Positions 19,444 to 29,656 of a DNA stretch of 64,000 nt are shown piece by piece. The stretch is from Kiritimatiellia bacterium. Lineage in GTDB: Bacteria; Verrucomicrobiota; Kiritimatiellia; JAAZAB01. The stretch spans positions 128,001 through 192,000 of the forward strand of contig JAXGPF010000008.1 of assembly GCA_040767085.1 (NCBI GenBank), given 5' to 3'. The notes under the pieces are model-generated. The model had not been told where the DNA came from, did no database searches, and saw nothing but the letters and a program-made list of their open reading frames with translations. A program made the position numbers and the translations under genes. Numbering within the stretch: the first letter of the stretch is position 1; each line of letters begins with the position of its first letter.

Positions 19444-20667
19444 TTAGCGCCTGGCCGTCAGCCACTCCCGCGCCAGGTCGCAAGCCCAATCCGGCGCGTC
19501 GTCCAGCGTCCCTGCCATGATCCGCGTCAGCGCGGCCTCCCAATGCTGCCGGTGCTGCATGGTGGTGAGCCGGTTGCGGAACATGGCCGCTCCCTTGGCC
19601 GGGTCCGACGCGAGCCGGTCCATGATCATCCGGACTTCCGCCTGAAATCCGGGAATGCCGTAATAGCGCAGAAATCCGCGCCAGGCCTGTTCCGCGCCTT
19701 CGCGGCGCTGCAGCGGGCGGGAAACCCGGGCCAGCATTCTGAAAAAATGCGCGCGGCGAAGGCCCTGCAGCCGGCGCAGTCCATCGGCCGCAATTTCGTA
19801 AGGGATGATCTCCAGGCGCGCCAGTGTCCCCCGGGCGATGCCCGCCCGCACCAGGTAGCCGATTTTGCGGCAGGCCAGGTCGGTTTCCTGGTAAAAGACG
19901 AAATTGCCCAGGCTGTAGCAGATCGGCGTGTTCCGATGAATTTGCACGCCTTGGGGCACATGGGGATGGTGGCCGATGACCAGGTCGGCCCCGGCCTCGG
20001 CAATGCGTTCAAATGCGCGCGCCACATACGGCGGGGGGAACGGGATGTATTCCAATCCGCAGTGGCCTATGGCCAGGACGAAATCGGCCCGTTGACGTTC
20101 CGCGCGCACCTGCTGCGCGATGGCGTCAATTTCCCAGCCGCGGACGCCCGGGCCATCCGCCGCCGCGGTCAAGTCTTCGGCCTCGCTGAAATTGACGATC
20201 GCCAATCGCAGCCCCTTGACTTTCAGGCGCAGCGGCTGGCTGGCCGCCTGGCCCGTCAGGCCGGCGCCGGCGGCGCGGATGCCGTGCGCGCGCAAGACCC
20301 GGCAGGTTTCCCGAAATCCGGCGACGCCGTAGTCGAAAACGTGATTGTTCGCCAGGGTGGCCGCTTCGAACGGCACGGCGGACAGCGCGCGGACATCCGC
20401 GGGCCGACCGCGCAGCACGGAGCCGCTCTTGCACGCCGGCGCGCCCCTGGTTGTCAGCGGGCACTCGAGGTTGACGATCCGCAGGTCGGCCCGGCGCAGG
20501 TCCTCCAGCACGTCGCCGTAAACGGCTGCCGGATCGCGGGCGATAACCGGCGCGAAGTTGCGGATTGGCGCCCAGTCGGATGCAATCATGACTTCCGCCG
20601 CCGGCGCCGGCGCCCCGGTCCGTTCCCAGCAGCCCTGCCGCCAATCCATGAACCAGTTTTGTCGCAT
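19444..20667 (-). CDS. CapA/PgsA-family metallophosphoesterase-fold protein
   Basis: VNLECPL, LANNHVFDYG, H.G.E, GADLVIGHHPHVPQG, YSLGNF. Confidence 0.92.
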   Translation of the reverse strand: MRQNWFMDWRQGCWERTGAPAPAAEVMIASDWAPIRNFAPVIARDPAAVYGDVLEDLRRADLRIVNLECPLTTRGAPACKSGSVLRGRPADVRALSAVPFEAATLANNHVFDYGVAGFRETCRVLRAHGIRAAGAGLTGQAASQPLRLKVKGLRLAIVNFSEAEDLTAAADGPGVRGWEIDAIAQQVRAERQRADFVLAIGHCGLEYIPFPPPYVARAFERIAEAGADLVIGHHPHVPQGVQIHRNTPICYSLGNFVFYQETDLACRKIGYLVRAGIARGTLARLEIIPYEIAADGLRRLQGLRRAHFFRMLARVSRPLQRREGAEQAWRGFLRYYGIPGFQAEVRMIMDRLASDPAKGAAMFRNRLTTMQHRQHWEAALTRIMAGTLDDAPDWACDLAREWLTARR

Positions 20668-20821
20668 AAGTTACGCCTCGCGCATGCCGGCCGCAGCGCC
20701 TCCGGGAACCGCTTGAAGTCAACCCGACATGTACAGGGCAAATTAGCAGAATCGCTTTCCGGCCGCAATGCTATTCACCACAAAGCAAATTCTCTGACTC
20801 CGCCCGCTTCGCGTTGGCAAT

Positions 20822-20866
20822 CCGGAGTTTTGAACATAAGGCAGCACAAGGGCGGCACAAGGTGGG
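20822..20866 (+). repeat. 45-bp dispersed intergenic repeat, copy 2
   Basis: CCGGAGTTTTGAACATAAGGCAGCACAAGGGCGGCACAAGGTGGG matches the reverse complement of 3470-3514. Confidence 0.85.
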
Positions 20867-20988
20867 ATTGTTGAAGATATCCGCCATGCACGTTCCCGGC
20901 GAAGCGGTTAATCCGGCCTGCGAATTTTGCTCGCATTCCGTTCTGAATTTGGGTTTTATCTTATACCGCCGCCTGCCGGCGGGAAACC

Positions 20989-23900
20989 ATGACTGATGCA
21001 AAAGTGAAATCCGACTTGAAATTCAACCGCGAATTGCTGGCGCGGCTGCGGATGGCTTTGGCGCGGGACGGCGTCCGCCGGATTCCCGCCCTGCCGTTTT
21101 CCGCGGCCGCGTTGCTGGCGGCGGAAATCCGCCGCGCGCTGCAACGCGGCGTGGTGGCGGTGACTGACAGCCTGCGGACGCTGGAAGAATTCCAGCGTCA
21201 CCTGGAAGTCTTCTGCCCGGCGGATGAGATTCTGCGTTTCCCGGCGGAGGAAGACCCGGAAGGCGCCGCCCGGGATCGGAACGCCGTCGCCGGACGCCTG
21301 GGCGGGGAACGGGCGCAGGTTTTGTACAAGCTGGCGCAAACGTCCCGGCCGCTGGTGGCAACCTGTATCCAGGCCTTGATGCAGACGGCGCCGCCGGCGG
21401 CGAGTCTGCGGCAGATGGCCCTGCGGCTGCGGCCGGGCGCCAGCCAGGATCCTGTCGCCTTGTTGGAAAAACTGGCGGAGCAGGGGTACGACGTGGCGGT
21501 CGAAGTCCAGGCGCCCGGCCAGGCGGCGCGGCGCGGCGGACTGCTGGATGTCTGGCCGCCGGGCACGGAAGGGCCATGCCGCATTGAATTTTACGGCGCA
21601 AAAGTGGAGACGCTTCGCTGGTTCGATCCGCTGACCCAGCGCTCGCAGGCGCGGGCGGAGGAACTGGTCATCCTGACGGAACCGTCCGGCTCAGGCAGCC
21701 GGGATCAGCCTGCAACCTGGGAGTCACCCGTGAAGCAATTGCCGGCGGACGGCATTTACCTGTGGCTTGAGCCGGCCGGCGACGCCGTCCCCGGCGTGCC
21801 GGGCGGCATCACCGGGATTGAAGCGCACGCGGAAATGTTCCTCCAGGCGGCCCCGGAAGCCGCCGCCGCCGGCCGCCTGGTTTCATTGCCGCAGGTGCGG
21901 GCCGACCTGGCGGAATTTACCCGGGGGCCTTCGGGCGCGCGGGAACTGCATATCGGGGGCATCGAGACGCCGGACCCGGCGCAGATTCTGGATCTGGCAT
22001 TCCGGCCGTTGCCGCCTTTGTTCAGCGGCGGCGAACGTTTGTTGACGCCGGACGTTTTTGAGTCGGAGCGGCGCAAGTGGTTGGAAGACCTGGAGCGCAT
22101 GGCCCGCCATGGCCGGCGGGTATGCTTGTTTTTCGGTTCGGCCGGCGGCTTGGAACGTTTCCGCGAGTTGTATCCCCGCCTGCCGTTCGAGTTGCGCCTG
22201 GGAGCGCTGGCGGACGGATTCGAAAACGACCTGCTCGGTCTGACGGTGGTTTCGGAATCCAACCTGATCGGCCGGCGCAAACGGCTGCCCGGCGGATTCA
22301 GCCGCCGCGCCGCGCGCCGGGCGGCATTAAGCGCGGCCGGCGAAACCATTACCGACGCGATGAAGCTTGAACCCGGCGACCTGGTGGTGCATGTCGAACA
22401 CGGGATCGGGCGCTACCTGGGCATTTACGAAGTCGAGTTCAACGGCAAACGCCAGGAGGCGCTGACGCTGGAATATGCCGACGAAGCCCGCTTGTATGTG
22501 CCGGCCTCCCAGGCGCATCTGCTCAGCCGCTATGTCGGCGCCGGCCGGCCGCATACGGTGGTCCTGCACCGCCTGGGCGGCGGCCGCTGGCGCCGCGAAA
22601 AACGCGCGGCGGAAATCGCCGTGCGCGACCTGGCCGCCGGCCTGCTGGAAACCCAGGCTTTGCGCAGCGCCCGGCCCGGTTACGCGTTTCCGGAAGACAC
22701 GGCCTGGCAGCATGAATTTGAAGCCGCCTTCCCGTTCCAGGAAACCGAGGACCAGGAACGCGCCATCCGGGAAGTCAAGCGCGACATGCAGGCGCCCCGT
22801 CCGATGGACCGGCTGGTATGCGGCGATGCCGGCTACGGCAAGACCGAAGTGGCGATGCGCGCCGCTTTCAAATGCGTGCTCGCGGGCCGCCAGGCGGCGG
22901 TGCTGGTGCCGACCACTGTTCTGGCCCAGCAGCATTTTGACAGTTTCCGCGAGCGCCTGGCCGCCTATCCCCTGCGCGTGGAATTGCTTTGCCGGTTTCA
23001 GCCGCCCGGCGTTCAGGCGCGCATCATCCGGGATTTGCGCGCCGGGGCGGCGGATATCGTCATCGGCACGCATCGCCTGGTGCAGAAGGATGTGGCTTTC
23101 AAGGACCTGGGCCTGGTGATCATTGACGAGGAGCAGCGCTTCGGGGTCGAGCACAAGGAGCGCCTGAAAAGCATGAAGCAACTGGTGGATGTGCTGACGC
23201 TCACCGCCACCCCCATCCCGCGCACCCTCTATCTGAGCCTGACCGGCGCCCGCGAGATCAGCGTCATCCAGACGCCGCCCCGCGAACGCCAGCCGATCGA
23301 GACGATTATCGCCCGCGATGACGATGCGCTTATCCGCGCCGCCATCCTGCGCGAATTGAACCGGGGCGGGCAGGTGTATTTCCTTTACAACCGCGTGATG
23401 ACGATCGAACGGATGGCCGAACGGTTGCGCCGGCTGGCGCCGGAAGTGCGGCTGGGCGTCGGACACGGCCAGATGGCCGCCGGCGAGCTGGCGCGCGTGG
23501 TACGGGATTTTGCCGCAGGGCGCCTGGACCTTTTGCTCTGCACCACCATCATTGAAAGCGGCATGGATATTTCCAACGCCAATACCATCATCATCGACCG
23601 CGCCGACCGCTTCGGCATGGCGGAACTTTACCAGTTGCGCGGACGGGTGGGGCGCGCCAACCGCAAGGCCTATGCCTACCTGCTGCTGCCCGCCCACGGG
23701 CATCTGCTTTCCGATGCCCGGCGCCGGCTCGGCGCCATTGTCGAATACAGCGGCGCCGGCGCCGGGTTCCGCCTGGCCTTGCGGGATTTGGAAATCCGCG
23801 GCGCCGGCAATCTGCTGGGCGCCGCGCAGAGCGGCCATATCGCGGCGGTGGGATTCGAGCTTTATTGCCAGCTCCTGCGCCAGGCGGTAGCGGCGGTGAC

Positions 23901-24408
23901 CGGCGCAAGCGGCGGCAGCACGCCGACGCCGCTCGGCAACGCGGAGTTGAACCTGGATTTCATCGAGTTTTCACCCCTGGCGGCGGATGCCGGCAACGGC
24001 GCCTTCCTGCCGGCCGATTACATCGAGGATGAAAGGCTGCGGTTGGAGTTTTTCCGCCGGCTGGCGTCGGCCGGGCTGGACGAACTGCCGGCCTTGCGCG
24101 AGGAACTGGCCGACCGGTTCGGCCCGCCGCCGCCGCCGGCCGAACGGCTCTTGCGGATGGCGGACTTGCGCCGGCGCGCGGCGGCGGCCGGGATCGTCAG
24201 CGTGGAGGTGCGCGCCGGCCGCGTCATGCTGCGCCGCGGCGGCGGTTACGTGCAGAAGCAGCACCAATTCCCGCGGTTGCGCGCCGGCAATGCCGATGCG
24301 CGCCTGGCGGAACTGGCGGAGTTGCTCGCGGAGGCCACGGCTGCGTCATTCTCGGCGGCTCGCCCGGAGGTCTCGCCCTACCCACGACAAATGCTTATGA
24401 AACGGTAG
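20989..24408 (+). CDS. mfd: Transcription-repair coupling factor
   Basis: [14 protein letters not shown] (RID), [40 protein letters not shown]. Confidence 0.97.
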   Translation: MTDAKVKSDLKFNRELLARLRMALARDGVRRIPALPFSAAALLAAEIRRALQRGVVAVTDSLRTLEEFQRHLEVFCPADEILRFPAEEDPEGAARDRNAVAGRLGGERAQVLYKLAQTSRPLVATCIQALMQTAPPAASLRQMALRLRPGASQDPVALLEKLAEQGYDVAVEVQAPGQAARRGGLLDVWPPGTEGPCRIEFYGAKVETLRWFDPLTQRSQARAEELVILTEPSGSGSRDQPATWESPVKQLPADGIYLWLEPAGDAVPGVPGGITGIEAHAEMFLQAAPEAAAAGRLVSLPQVRADLAEFTRGPSGARELHIGGIETPDPAQILDLAFRPLPPLFSGGERLLTPDVFESERRKWLEDLERMARHGRRVCLFFGSAGGLERFRELYPRLPFELRLGALADGFENDLLGLTVVSESNLIGRRKRLPGGFSRRAARRAALSAAGETITDAMKLEPGDLVVHVEHGIGRYLGIYEVEFNGKRQEALTLEYADEARLYVPASQAHLLSRYVGAGRPHTVVLHRLGGGRWRREKRAAEIAVRDLAAGLLETQALRSARPGYAFPEDTAWQHEFEAAFPFQETEDQERAIREVKRDMQAPRPMDRLVCGDAGYGKTEVAMRAAFKCVLAGRQAAVLVPTTVLAQQHFDSFRERLAAYPLRVELLCRFQPPGVQARIIRDLRAGAADIVIGTHRLVQKDVAFKDLGLVIIDEEQRFGVEHKERLKSMKQLVDVLTLTATPIPRTLYLSLTGAREISVIQTPPRERQPIETIIARDDDALIRAAILRELNRGGQVYFLYNRVMTIERMAERLRRLAPEVRLGVGHGQMAAGELARVVRDFAAGRLDLLLCTTIIESGMDISNANTIIIDRADRFGMAELYQLRGRVGRANRKAYAYLLLPAHGHLLSDARRRLGAIVEYSGAGAGFRLALRDLEIRGAGNLLGAAQSGHIAAVGFELYCQLLRQAVAAVTGASGGSTPTPLGNAELNLDFIEFSPLAADAGNGAFLPADYIEDERLRLEFFRRLASAGLDELPALREELADRFGPPPPPAERLLRMADLRRRAAAAGIVSVEVRAGRVMLRRGGGYVQKQHQFPRLRAGNADARLAELAELLAEATAASFSAARPEVSPYPRQMLMKR

Positions 24409-24431
24409 GGCGAGGTCTCCGTACCGAGCCG
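24356..24431. repeat. Inverted pair of GTAG-type REP-like elements overlapping the mfd stop
   Basis: CGGCTCGCCCGGAGGTCTCGCCCTACC ... GGTAGGGCGAGGTCTCCGTACCGAGCCG. Confidence 0.7.
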
Positions 24432-24573
24432 TCTGTTCTGAGAATGACGCAGCCGTGTGGCGGAGGCGTAAGCCGCCACTTCTGGATTGACCTTGGTCCA
24501 ATATCATGTAAACTACATCATTAATGGCTGGCGGTGAGAGGATGGCCCCGGGAATTCAACAGGACGTCGGTAT

Positions 24574-24966
24574 ATGGCTGCGCTCAATGTTTTAATTGTT
24601 GACGACGAAGCATGCGTCCGCCGGTTGCTGGCCAGAATCTTGCAGCGCGAATTGCAACTGACGCCCAGCGAGGCCGACTGCGGCCGGCAGGCATGCGCAC
24701 TGGCGGCCCAGTCCGCATTTGACGCCATCATTTGCGACTTGTACCTCCCGGATATTGACGGAGTGAAATTGATTAAAAAATTGCAAAAAGCCGGCCGTTG
24801 CCCGCCCTTGATCATAATGCTTTCCGGCGCCATACCGCCGCCGGCGGAAACCATGCCCGCCGGCACGATATTCATCAGCAAGCCATTCAACCCCGGCGAC
24901 ATCATCGCGCCCCTGGCCGCTGGCGCGCGCCGCGCGGCAGACCCCGGCGCCGCCAGGTTAGACTAA
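24574..24966 (+). CDS. Single-domain response regulator
   Basis: VLIVDDE, ICDLYLPDIDG, SG, KPF. Confidence 0.85.
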   Translation: MAALNVLIVDDEACVRRLLARILQRELQLTPSEADCGRQACALAAQSAFDAIICDLYLPDIDGVKLIKKLQKAGRCPPLIIMLSGAIPPPAETMPAGTIFISKPFNPGDIIAPLAAGARRAADPGAARLD

Positions 24967-24981
24967 ACGGAGCACCCCCCC

Positions 24982-26655
24982 ATGTCCGAAGGGAACAAAT
25001 TATCTCAGACCATGCGTATCAAGATCGACGCGGACTCGGATGCGCCGGTCACGCGGCGCATGCCTTCCATTCGCGCCCGCTCTTTCAGCACCCGCCTGCC
25101 GGTCAAGGCGCGCCTGAGTCCGGCCGAGAACACGCTCTACCAGCAATTCATGAAGAGCATCTATGACGCGGTGCTGATCACCGATCCCCAGGGCGCGTTA
25201 GTGGACGCCAATGGGCGGGCCTACGAATTTTTTCTGTATGATTTGGACGAACTGTGCACCAAGACCATTTTCGATATCGTCTGCGGCTTCAATGCCGTCG
25301 TCCTGGGGACGATCATCAGCAACCTCAAGAACGAGCGTTTTACCTTGATCGAGGCCTGTTGCCGGCGCCAGGACCAGACTTTGTTCCACGCCGAAATCGC
25401 CACCAGCCTGCTGCACCTGGGCCAGGCGCCGCATTTGTGCTTTTTCGTGCGCGATATCAGCAAGCGCAAGCAGGACGAAGCCGACCTGGCGCAAACCCGC
25501 GCCCAACTTGACCGGGCGGAGCGGCTGGAAATGGCGGGCAGCATTGCCGGCCATATAGCGCACGATTTCAACAACTTGCTCACGCCGCTGCTGGCCTATC
25601 CGCATTTTATCCGCGAAGCCCTGCCGCCTGATTCCCAGTGCCGGCAGGACCTGGATATCATCGAAAAAACCGCCCAGCAGATAGCGGACATCAACCAGCA
25701 GCTGCTGGCGCTGTCGCGCCGCGGCTATTACGAGCAGCGGGTGCTGGACATTAATGCCGTGATCGAAAACGTGATGGTGCTGTTCAAGCGCAGCGGCCAG
25801 ATGCAGGGCATCGAAGTCGATTTGCGCATGGAGGAAAACCTCTTGCACATCAAGGGCTCATCCGAACAGTTGCTGCGGGTGATTCACAATCTCTGCCAGA
25901 ACGCCCTGGATGCCATGGAGAAGCAGGGGCGGCTGGTTATCCAGACCGAGCAGGTTTACCTGGAAGCGCCATTGAAAAAATACGAATCGGTGGCCCAGGG
26001 CGAATATATCAAGGTCACGGTGGCCGACACCGGCCATGGCATTCCCCCGGAAATCCAGGACAAGATTTTCGATCCGTTTTTCACCACCAAGGAGGCCACG
26101 CGCCAACGCGGTTCCGGCCTGGGGCTGAGCGTGGTGCATGGCATCGTCAAGGACCACCAGGGCTACATCGATCTGGAAAGCGCGGTGGGACAGGGCTCCG
26201 CCTTCAGCCTGTATTTCCCGGTCTGCCGCGAAGAAGTGACCGAGGCGGCGGTGCAGGAATGCATGGGCGGCAAGGAATTGATTCTGGTGGTAGATGACGA
26301 TAAGCTGCAAATCGAGGTTACCACGCGCATCCTGGCCAAACTGGGTTACCAGGTGCTCAGCGCCATGAGCGGGGAGGAAGCGCTCGCCCTGATGCGGCAG
26401 CGGAAGGCGGAAGGCCGGCTGCCCGCCCTGGCCGTGCTGGATATGATCATGGGCGGCGGCATGGACGGCACGGAAACCTTCCGCCAGATGAAGGAGATCA
26501 ATCCCCGGCAGCGCGCCATTATTTTTTCCGGCTATGCCGAATCCGCGCGGGTGGGCCTGGCCCAGGAACTGGGCGCCGGGGCTTACCTGCGCAAGCCGGT
26601 CAGCCTGGAAAAGCTGGCGCAAGCTGTCCGCTTTGAGCTTGACCGCCAGACGTGA
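24982..26655 (+). CDS. Cytoplasmic PAS hybrid histidine kinase with C-terminal receiver
   Basis: PAS; IAHDFNNLL H-box; NALDAM, DTGHG, FDPFFTTK, GLGL; VVDDD..LDMIM..KP. Confidence 0.95.
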   Translation: MSEGNKLSQTMRIKIDADSDAPVTRRMPSIRARSFSTRLPVKARLSPAENTLYQQFMKSIYDAVLITDPQGALVDANGRAYEFFLYDLDELCTKTIFDIVCGFNAVVLGTIISNLKNERFTLIEACCRRQDQTLFHAEIATSLLHLGQAPHLCFFVRDISKRKQDEADLAQTRAQLDRAERLEMAGSIAGHIAHDFNNLLTPLLAYPHFIREALPPDSQCRQDLDIIEKTAQQIADINQQLLALSRRGYYEQRVLDINAVIENVMVLFKRSGQMQGIEVDLRMEENLLHIKGSSEQLLRVIHNLCQNALDAMEKQGRLVIQTEQVYLEAPLKKYESVAQGEYIKVTVADTGHGIPPEIQDKIFDPFFTTKEATRQRGSGLGLSVVHGIVKDHQGYIDLESAVGQGSAFSLYFPVCREEVTEAAVQECMGGKELILVVDDDKLQIEVTTRILAKLGYQVLSAMSGEEALALMRQRKAEGRLPALAVLDMIMGGGMDGTETFRQMKEINPRQRAIIFSGYAESARVGLAQELGAGAYLRKPVSLEKLAQAVRFELDRQT

Positions 26656-26656
26656 C

Positions 26657-27358
26657 ATGTCCGCCGCCATCCAGATAGCGCGGATTTGCGGGATTCCGCT
26701 CCGCGTGCATTATTCCCTGCTGGCGCTCTTCCCGTTGTTTGCCTGGCATTATGCCGCTGCCTTCGGCGGGGATGTCCGCGCGTGGTGGTGGGGCGGGGCG
26801 CTGGCGGCGCTGTTGTTCGCCTGTGTGGCTTTGCATGAATTCGGCCACTCGCTGGCGGCTCTGGCGATGGGCGGGCGTGTGCGGGATATTTTGCTCCTGC
26901 CCATCGGCGGGGCGGCCCGTCTGGAGCACATGCCCCGGCGATTCTGGCAGGAACTGCTCCTGGCTGCCGCCGGCCCGGCGGTCAGTTTGGCGCTAGCCGC
27001 GGCCCTGGCCTGGGCGGCGGGCGGGGTTGGCCAGACTTGGCCGCGCGCCGGCCGCGCGTTGGATTACCTGTTCTGGGTCAATCTGGCGCTGGGAGTGTTT
27101 AACCTGTTGCCGGCCTTTCCCATGGATGGCGGCCGCATGCTGCGCGCGATATTGACGCCGTGGCTGGGGCGTCCGGGCGCCACCCGTCTGGCGGCCCGGA
27201 TCGGCCAGGGGCTGGCCGTGCTGCTGGGCGTTATGGGCGCCTATCCGCCATTTCAGCCGGTGCTGGTGGCAATAGCTTTTTTTGTTTATACCGCAGCCGG
27301 CGCGGAGTATCGTCAGGTCTTGCGCGAAGAATCCGCGCCGCCGCTCCCCGGGTTTTAA
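26657..27358 (+). CDS. Site-2 protease (peptidase M50)
   Basis: LHEFGH, AAGP, FNLLPAFPMDGG. Confidence 0.93.
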   Translation: MSAAIQIARICGIPLRVHYSLLALFPLFAWHYAAAFGGDVRAWWWGGALAALLFACVALHEFGHSLAALAMGGRVRDILLLPIGGAARLEHMPRRFWQELLLAAAGPAVSLALAAALAWAAGGVGQTWPRAGRALDYLFWVNLALGVFNLLPAFPMDGGRMLRAILTPWLGRPGATRLAARIGQGLAVLLGVMGAYPPFQPVLVAIAFFVYTAAGAEYRQVLREESAPPLPGF

Positions 27359-27403
27359 ACCGGCAAGCGCCGGAGAGCGTTCCCGCTCATCCGTCATTCC
27401 GTT

Positions 27404-29656
27404 TTATTCCCCGAGGTAAATGATCAGCTTGTCGTGCGCCAGCAGCGCCAGGTCGCCTGTGCCGTCGCCGTTGAAATCGCCGGAAGCGGCCGCGCGCGGT
27501 TCCATCCCGCCGTGTTGGCCCGCGAAGCCGGGATCTTCAAACACGGCAAAGGCCAGGCGTTCCGTCAGCCGGCGGGATCTGCGCTCGATAATTTCGAGCG
27601 CGCGGTTGCGGGTGTCGGTCAAAGCGATCAACGGGCGCGGCGGACGGCCGAGTTGGACCAGGCGCGCGTCGGCTAAGGACGGCTCTTCGGCCGGGGAAGT
27701 GTATTCCGCGTCATGCTCGATTTTGAAGGCGGCCGGCGTATCGTGAAACACATAAATTTCCTGGGCCGTAATCAGTAAAAGCCCCGCATCCCGGCCGTCT
27801 GCCCCGGCGGCGCGCAGCGGGTGCAGGCCGACCGGCTGGGCCAGGGTGGCGCCAACGTGCATCCGGCGCGGCAGGTCCGCCCCCGGGGCGAACCAGAGCA
27901 GGTCGTTGCCATCCTGGTCAAAAACCAGGGCGCCGGCGGCGCCGGGTGTTTGCCGGAAAAACGCCGCGGCGGCCAGGTTGGCATTGCCGGAGGTTGAACT
28001 GAATTGCCGGCGGGGCTGCCAGGCGCCGGCGGACCAGTTGAATTCCCGGGCGACTTTGCCCAGCGCCAGCAGCATGGCCCCGGCCCGGGCATCGTGCATG
28101 GCCGGACGCAGCGAGGCGCCGGCGGCATTGAAGGATGCGGCCTTGACTTCCGCCAGTTCCTCGGCGGCGGAAAGGATGTAAAATGCCGGCGGCTGGAAAG
28201 GGATAAAAAGCATGATGCCCAGGGCCCGGTCCGCCAGCGGCCAGATGCGGATGGCGTCCGGATCGTTGGGCAGATCAATGGGGTGGGCGTAGGGCGCCTG
28301 GGCGGGCTGGTCCGGAGCTTCCGCCAGCGGTTGCAATGTCATGGTGGCCGCGCGGGTAATCGCATCGCGGCAGACCCAGACCGCTGCCGGCCGGTCGGGC
28401 AGGGCGGCGGCGATCAGCGGCCCGGGAAAAGGTGGCGGCAGGAGCCGGGGGAAGTCGGCCGGCTGGCTGCGGTCATGCAGCGCGGCGGTTTTTTCGGCCG
28501 CGCTGAATACCAGCAAGTCGCCGCCGTCCGTGAGGCTGATCGCGCTGGCGCCGGCCAGCGAATTGCAACAGAGCGGCTCGGCCGACAAGCCGGAGGCATT
28601 GCCGTTATAAATGTGAATTTGTCCCGCTTCCGGCGCCGCGACGCAGCAATCGTTGTGTCCGTCGGCATTGAAATCGCCGACAGCCCACGCCGTCGCCAGG
28701 CGCGGATTGACGCCCCGCAGCGGAATGCGCACCGGCAGAATTTCGTCACGGTCAAGAAAACTCGACGCCGCCTCCGGCTGGACGGCATACAGCCGCAGGC
28801 CGCGCCCGCTGGTAATAATGCTGGCGATCTGCGCCGGAGCGTCCGCCCGGAGCTGCAGGGCCGCGGAGCGGCGCGCGGGCGTGATGGACAGGATGCATTC
28901 GGGGCCGAATTCCCGGTCGCCGACGCCGGGACGGAGGCGGAGCAGGGCCGGGGCGTCCGCCATGAAAATCAGCAAATCGGTCAACCCGTCGCCCGTGAAG
29001 TCGGCGGCTTCGATTTTCAGGGCTTCCGGCGGCGTGATGGGAATTTCCGTGCGCCGGGTGAAATGGCCGTCGCCTTCGTTCCATAACAACTCCAGTTTAT
29101 CCTTGCGGCAGACGGCGATGTCCAACCGACCGTCGCCGTCCAAATCGGCGGCATGCAGGTCCATCAGCCGTTCCGGCGCTTGCAGGAAAATTTTTTGGGC
29201 AGGCAGCAGCGCGCCTTCGCTGAAAGGATAAAGATGCAGGCCCTGTTCCCGGCCGAGCGCCAGGATGGCCGGCCGGCCGGGGCCGTAGACATCGTCCGTG
29301 CGGCAGGCGATGATCTGCTGATCCACCACGACGCCCAGGTTGGTGAAAGTTTCCTCCAGCCGCGGGGCGCGCCCGGCATCCGGCGGGGCCGCCGGCTGCG
29401 CGCGGAGAAGCACTTCCAGGCGCGAGGCCTGGTTATTGGCGAAGATGACATCGTCCATGCCGTCGCCGTTCAGGTCATGGGTATGCAGGAGCGCCGCGCC
29501 ATTTTCAAACCGGTAGATTTCCATGCCGCCGAAGCCCAGTTCCGCGTCCGCCGGCGGTTCGCCGGCCGGCAGGTTGGCGTGCGCCAGCATGGCGGCGAAG
29601 ACCGCCGTCCAACAGGATTGTCTGAATGGTTTCATTGGCATCCCCCCCCGTGCCAT
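27404..29656 (-). CDS. Secreted FG-GAP/VCBS repeat protein
   Basis: Repeated DLNGDG/DLDGDG/DFTGDG/GDFNGDG motifs; signal-like N-terminus. Confidence 0.88.
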   Translation of the reverse strand: MARGGMPMKPFRQSCWTAVFAAMLAHANLPAGEPPADAELGFGGMEIYRFENGAALLHTHDLNGDGMDDVIFANNQASRLEVLLRAQPAAPPDAGRAPRLEETFTNLGVVVDQQIIACRTDDVYGPGRPAILALGREQGLHLYPFSEGALLPAQKIFLQAPERLMDLHAADLDGDGRLDIAVCRKDKLELLWNEGDGHFTRRTEIPITPPEALKIEAADFTGDGLTDLLIFMADAPALLRLRPGVGDREFGPECILSITPARRSAALQLRADAPAQIASIITSGRGLRLYAVQPEAASSFLDRDEILPVRIPLRGVNPRLATAWAVGDFNADGHNDCCVAAPEAGQIHIYNGNASGLSAEPLCCNSLAGASAISLTDGGDLLVFSAAEKTAALHDRSQPADFPRLLPPPFPGPLIAAALPDRPAAVWVCRDAITRAATMTLQPLAEAPDQPAQAPYAHPIDLPNDPDAIRIWPLADRALGIMLFIPFQPPAFYILSAAEELAEVKAASFNAAGASLRPAMHDARAGAMLLALGKVAREFNWSAGAWQPRRQFSSTSGNANLAAAAFFRQTPGAAGALVFDQDGNDLLWFAPGADLPRRMHVGATLAQPVGLHPLRAAGADGRDAGLLLITAQEIYVFHDTPAAFKIEHDAEYTSPAEEPSLADARLVQLGRPPRPLIALTDTRNRALEIIERRSRRLTERLAFAVFEDPGFAGQHGGMEPRAAASGDFNGDGTGDLALLAHDKLIIYLGE

